Notes under the pieces: model-generated
What the model saw: only the letters and a program-made list of their open reading frames with translations
Told to the model about the DNA's origin: nothing
Databases searched by the model: none
Shown: positions 62,441 to 63,526 of the stretch, piece after piece
Numbering within the stretch: the first letter of the stretch is position 1
Layout of the letters: every line of letters begins with the position of its first letter
Assembly: GCF_001194135.2 (NCBI RefSeq)
Contig: NC_068982.1
Span: forward strand, 143,806,786-143,870,311
From: Octopus bimaculoides
Lineage: Eukaryota
Direction: 5' to 3'
DNA: 63,526 nucleotides
Translations under genes and position numbers: made by a program

Positions 62441-63526
62441 ATCAGGAATGCTTCTTAATCTCGCTTCCTCCTTTCGCATACAATCTACAACCTTGTACCC
62501 ACATAAGAAATAAATATCAGCACCGTAGAATTCGTGACATGGTTTCAAACTCCAGTTACAAAATACATGAATGCAATAACTTCTGTTTACCTTTTATCAA
62601 AAAATGAAGTACCTTTGTGTTTAGTAAAAGAGGGAAAGCAAATAAATTTGTAACATTTTTGGTACTTCCCTATTATCGACTGCTAATTTTTTAGCAAATA
62701 ATCCATTACACTCGTGAAATCGTCGTAATAGTAGGTCGGGGGCATTTTAGCTATCACAACTTCTTTGAGAAAGGAAAAGGCAAAATACTGGGTGATTCTT
62801 TTTGCAAAGCAGTTTCATTTTATCAAAACATTAATTTTTAATATTCTACTCCTCGATTCCGTGCCTTTTCTGGGAAATTTTTACTAGTATTTTTCTCCAT
62901 GAGATGCTGATAGCTATTCTGTAATTCCACTGACTAACTCTTACACTCGTCTCACGAGTGTAATAGTTTATTTACTAAATCTTTAGTAAATAAAATTAGC
63001 TGTCACTAATAGCAAAATACCTACATTTTTATTATTACAAACCTATTTACGCTTTTGTTAATATCTTTCGTTGAAGAAAGATCAACCACCATTGAAAGCG
63101 AGACGCGCGCGTGGTTAGGTCCATAACCTTATTTTTTTTAAATATTTTTTGTTTCACTGTTGTTTAATAATGTTGCTTAGCTCCAGATAGATATGATTGA
63201 ACAAATTTATGATGAGAAGCATTTCAGTCGTGATAGTCAGGTCTTTTTTTTTTTTTTTGCATATTTAGAACTAAATTGATCAATGTTTTCCTATATAGGA
63301 TTTGATCTTAGAACATAGAGATGAAACTACATGCTAAAGATTTACTATTTCTACCCCATTTGTTTTACACAAAATATTTCCTTTCACCGACCTTTCACAG
63401 GCCAGCTCCAATTGAAAAGATGGCCATATTGTGTGATGGCGGCCTTCATTAGATCGGAATCGGATGATGCAGTAACTTGACTTTTTCTTTTTCATGTAAG
63501 ATATTGATGAGAAAGAGATCGAAGGT

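Overview
AT-rich, repeat-dense eukaryotic genomic DNA with nine N gaps. The SINE families, Penelope-type termini and dense CA/TA/CT microsatellites match what I recognise from octopus genomes, so the organism call (Octopus or another coleoid) is an inference. I cannot support any complete protein-coding gene, rRNA, true tRNA or CRISPR array. Most ORF-track entries are microsatellite or N-gap artefacts. Well-supported content: a decayed RTE-clade LINE with an inverted 5' portion (11.45-13.89 kb), a CR1-type LINE fragment, a Ty3/Gypsy integrase end plus LTR start, a Penelope GIY-YIG fragment with a minimal hammerhead-like motif, two further Penelope-like termini, a deleted pogo element with a Brinker-type DNA-binding domain, several MITEs, and dozens of tRNA-derived SINE copies. 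SINE family labels A-D are my own. The best host-gene candidate is a minus-strand set of exon-like segments at 39.38-37.56 kb. The most notable oddities are a 576-bp TIR element with a perfect telomeric-repeat palindrome near its centre, the twin-priming-like RTE inversion, decayed hammerheads, and a 49-bp templated insertion inside a microsatellite. I found no clear novel multi-gene system. All alignments were made by eye and many boundaries are approximate.
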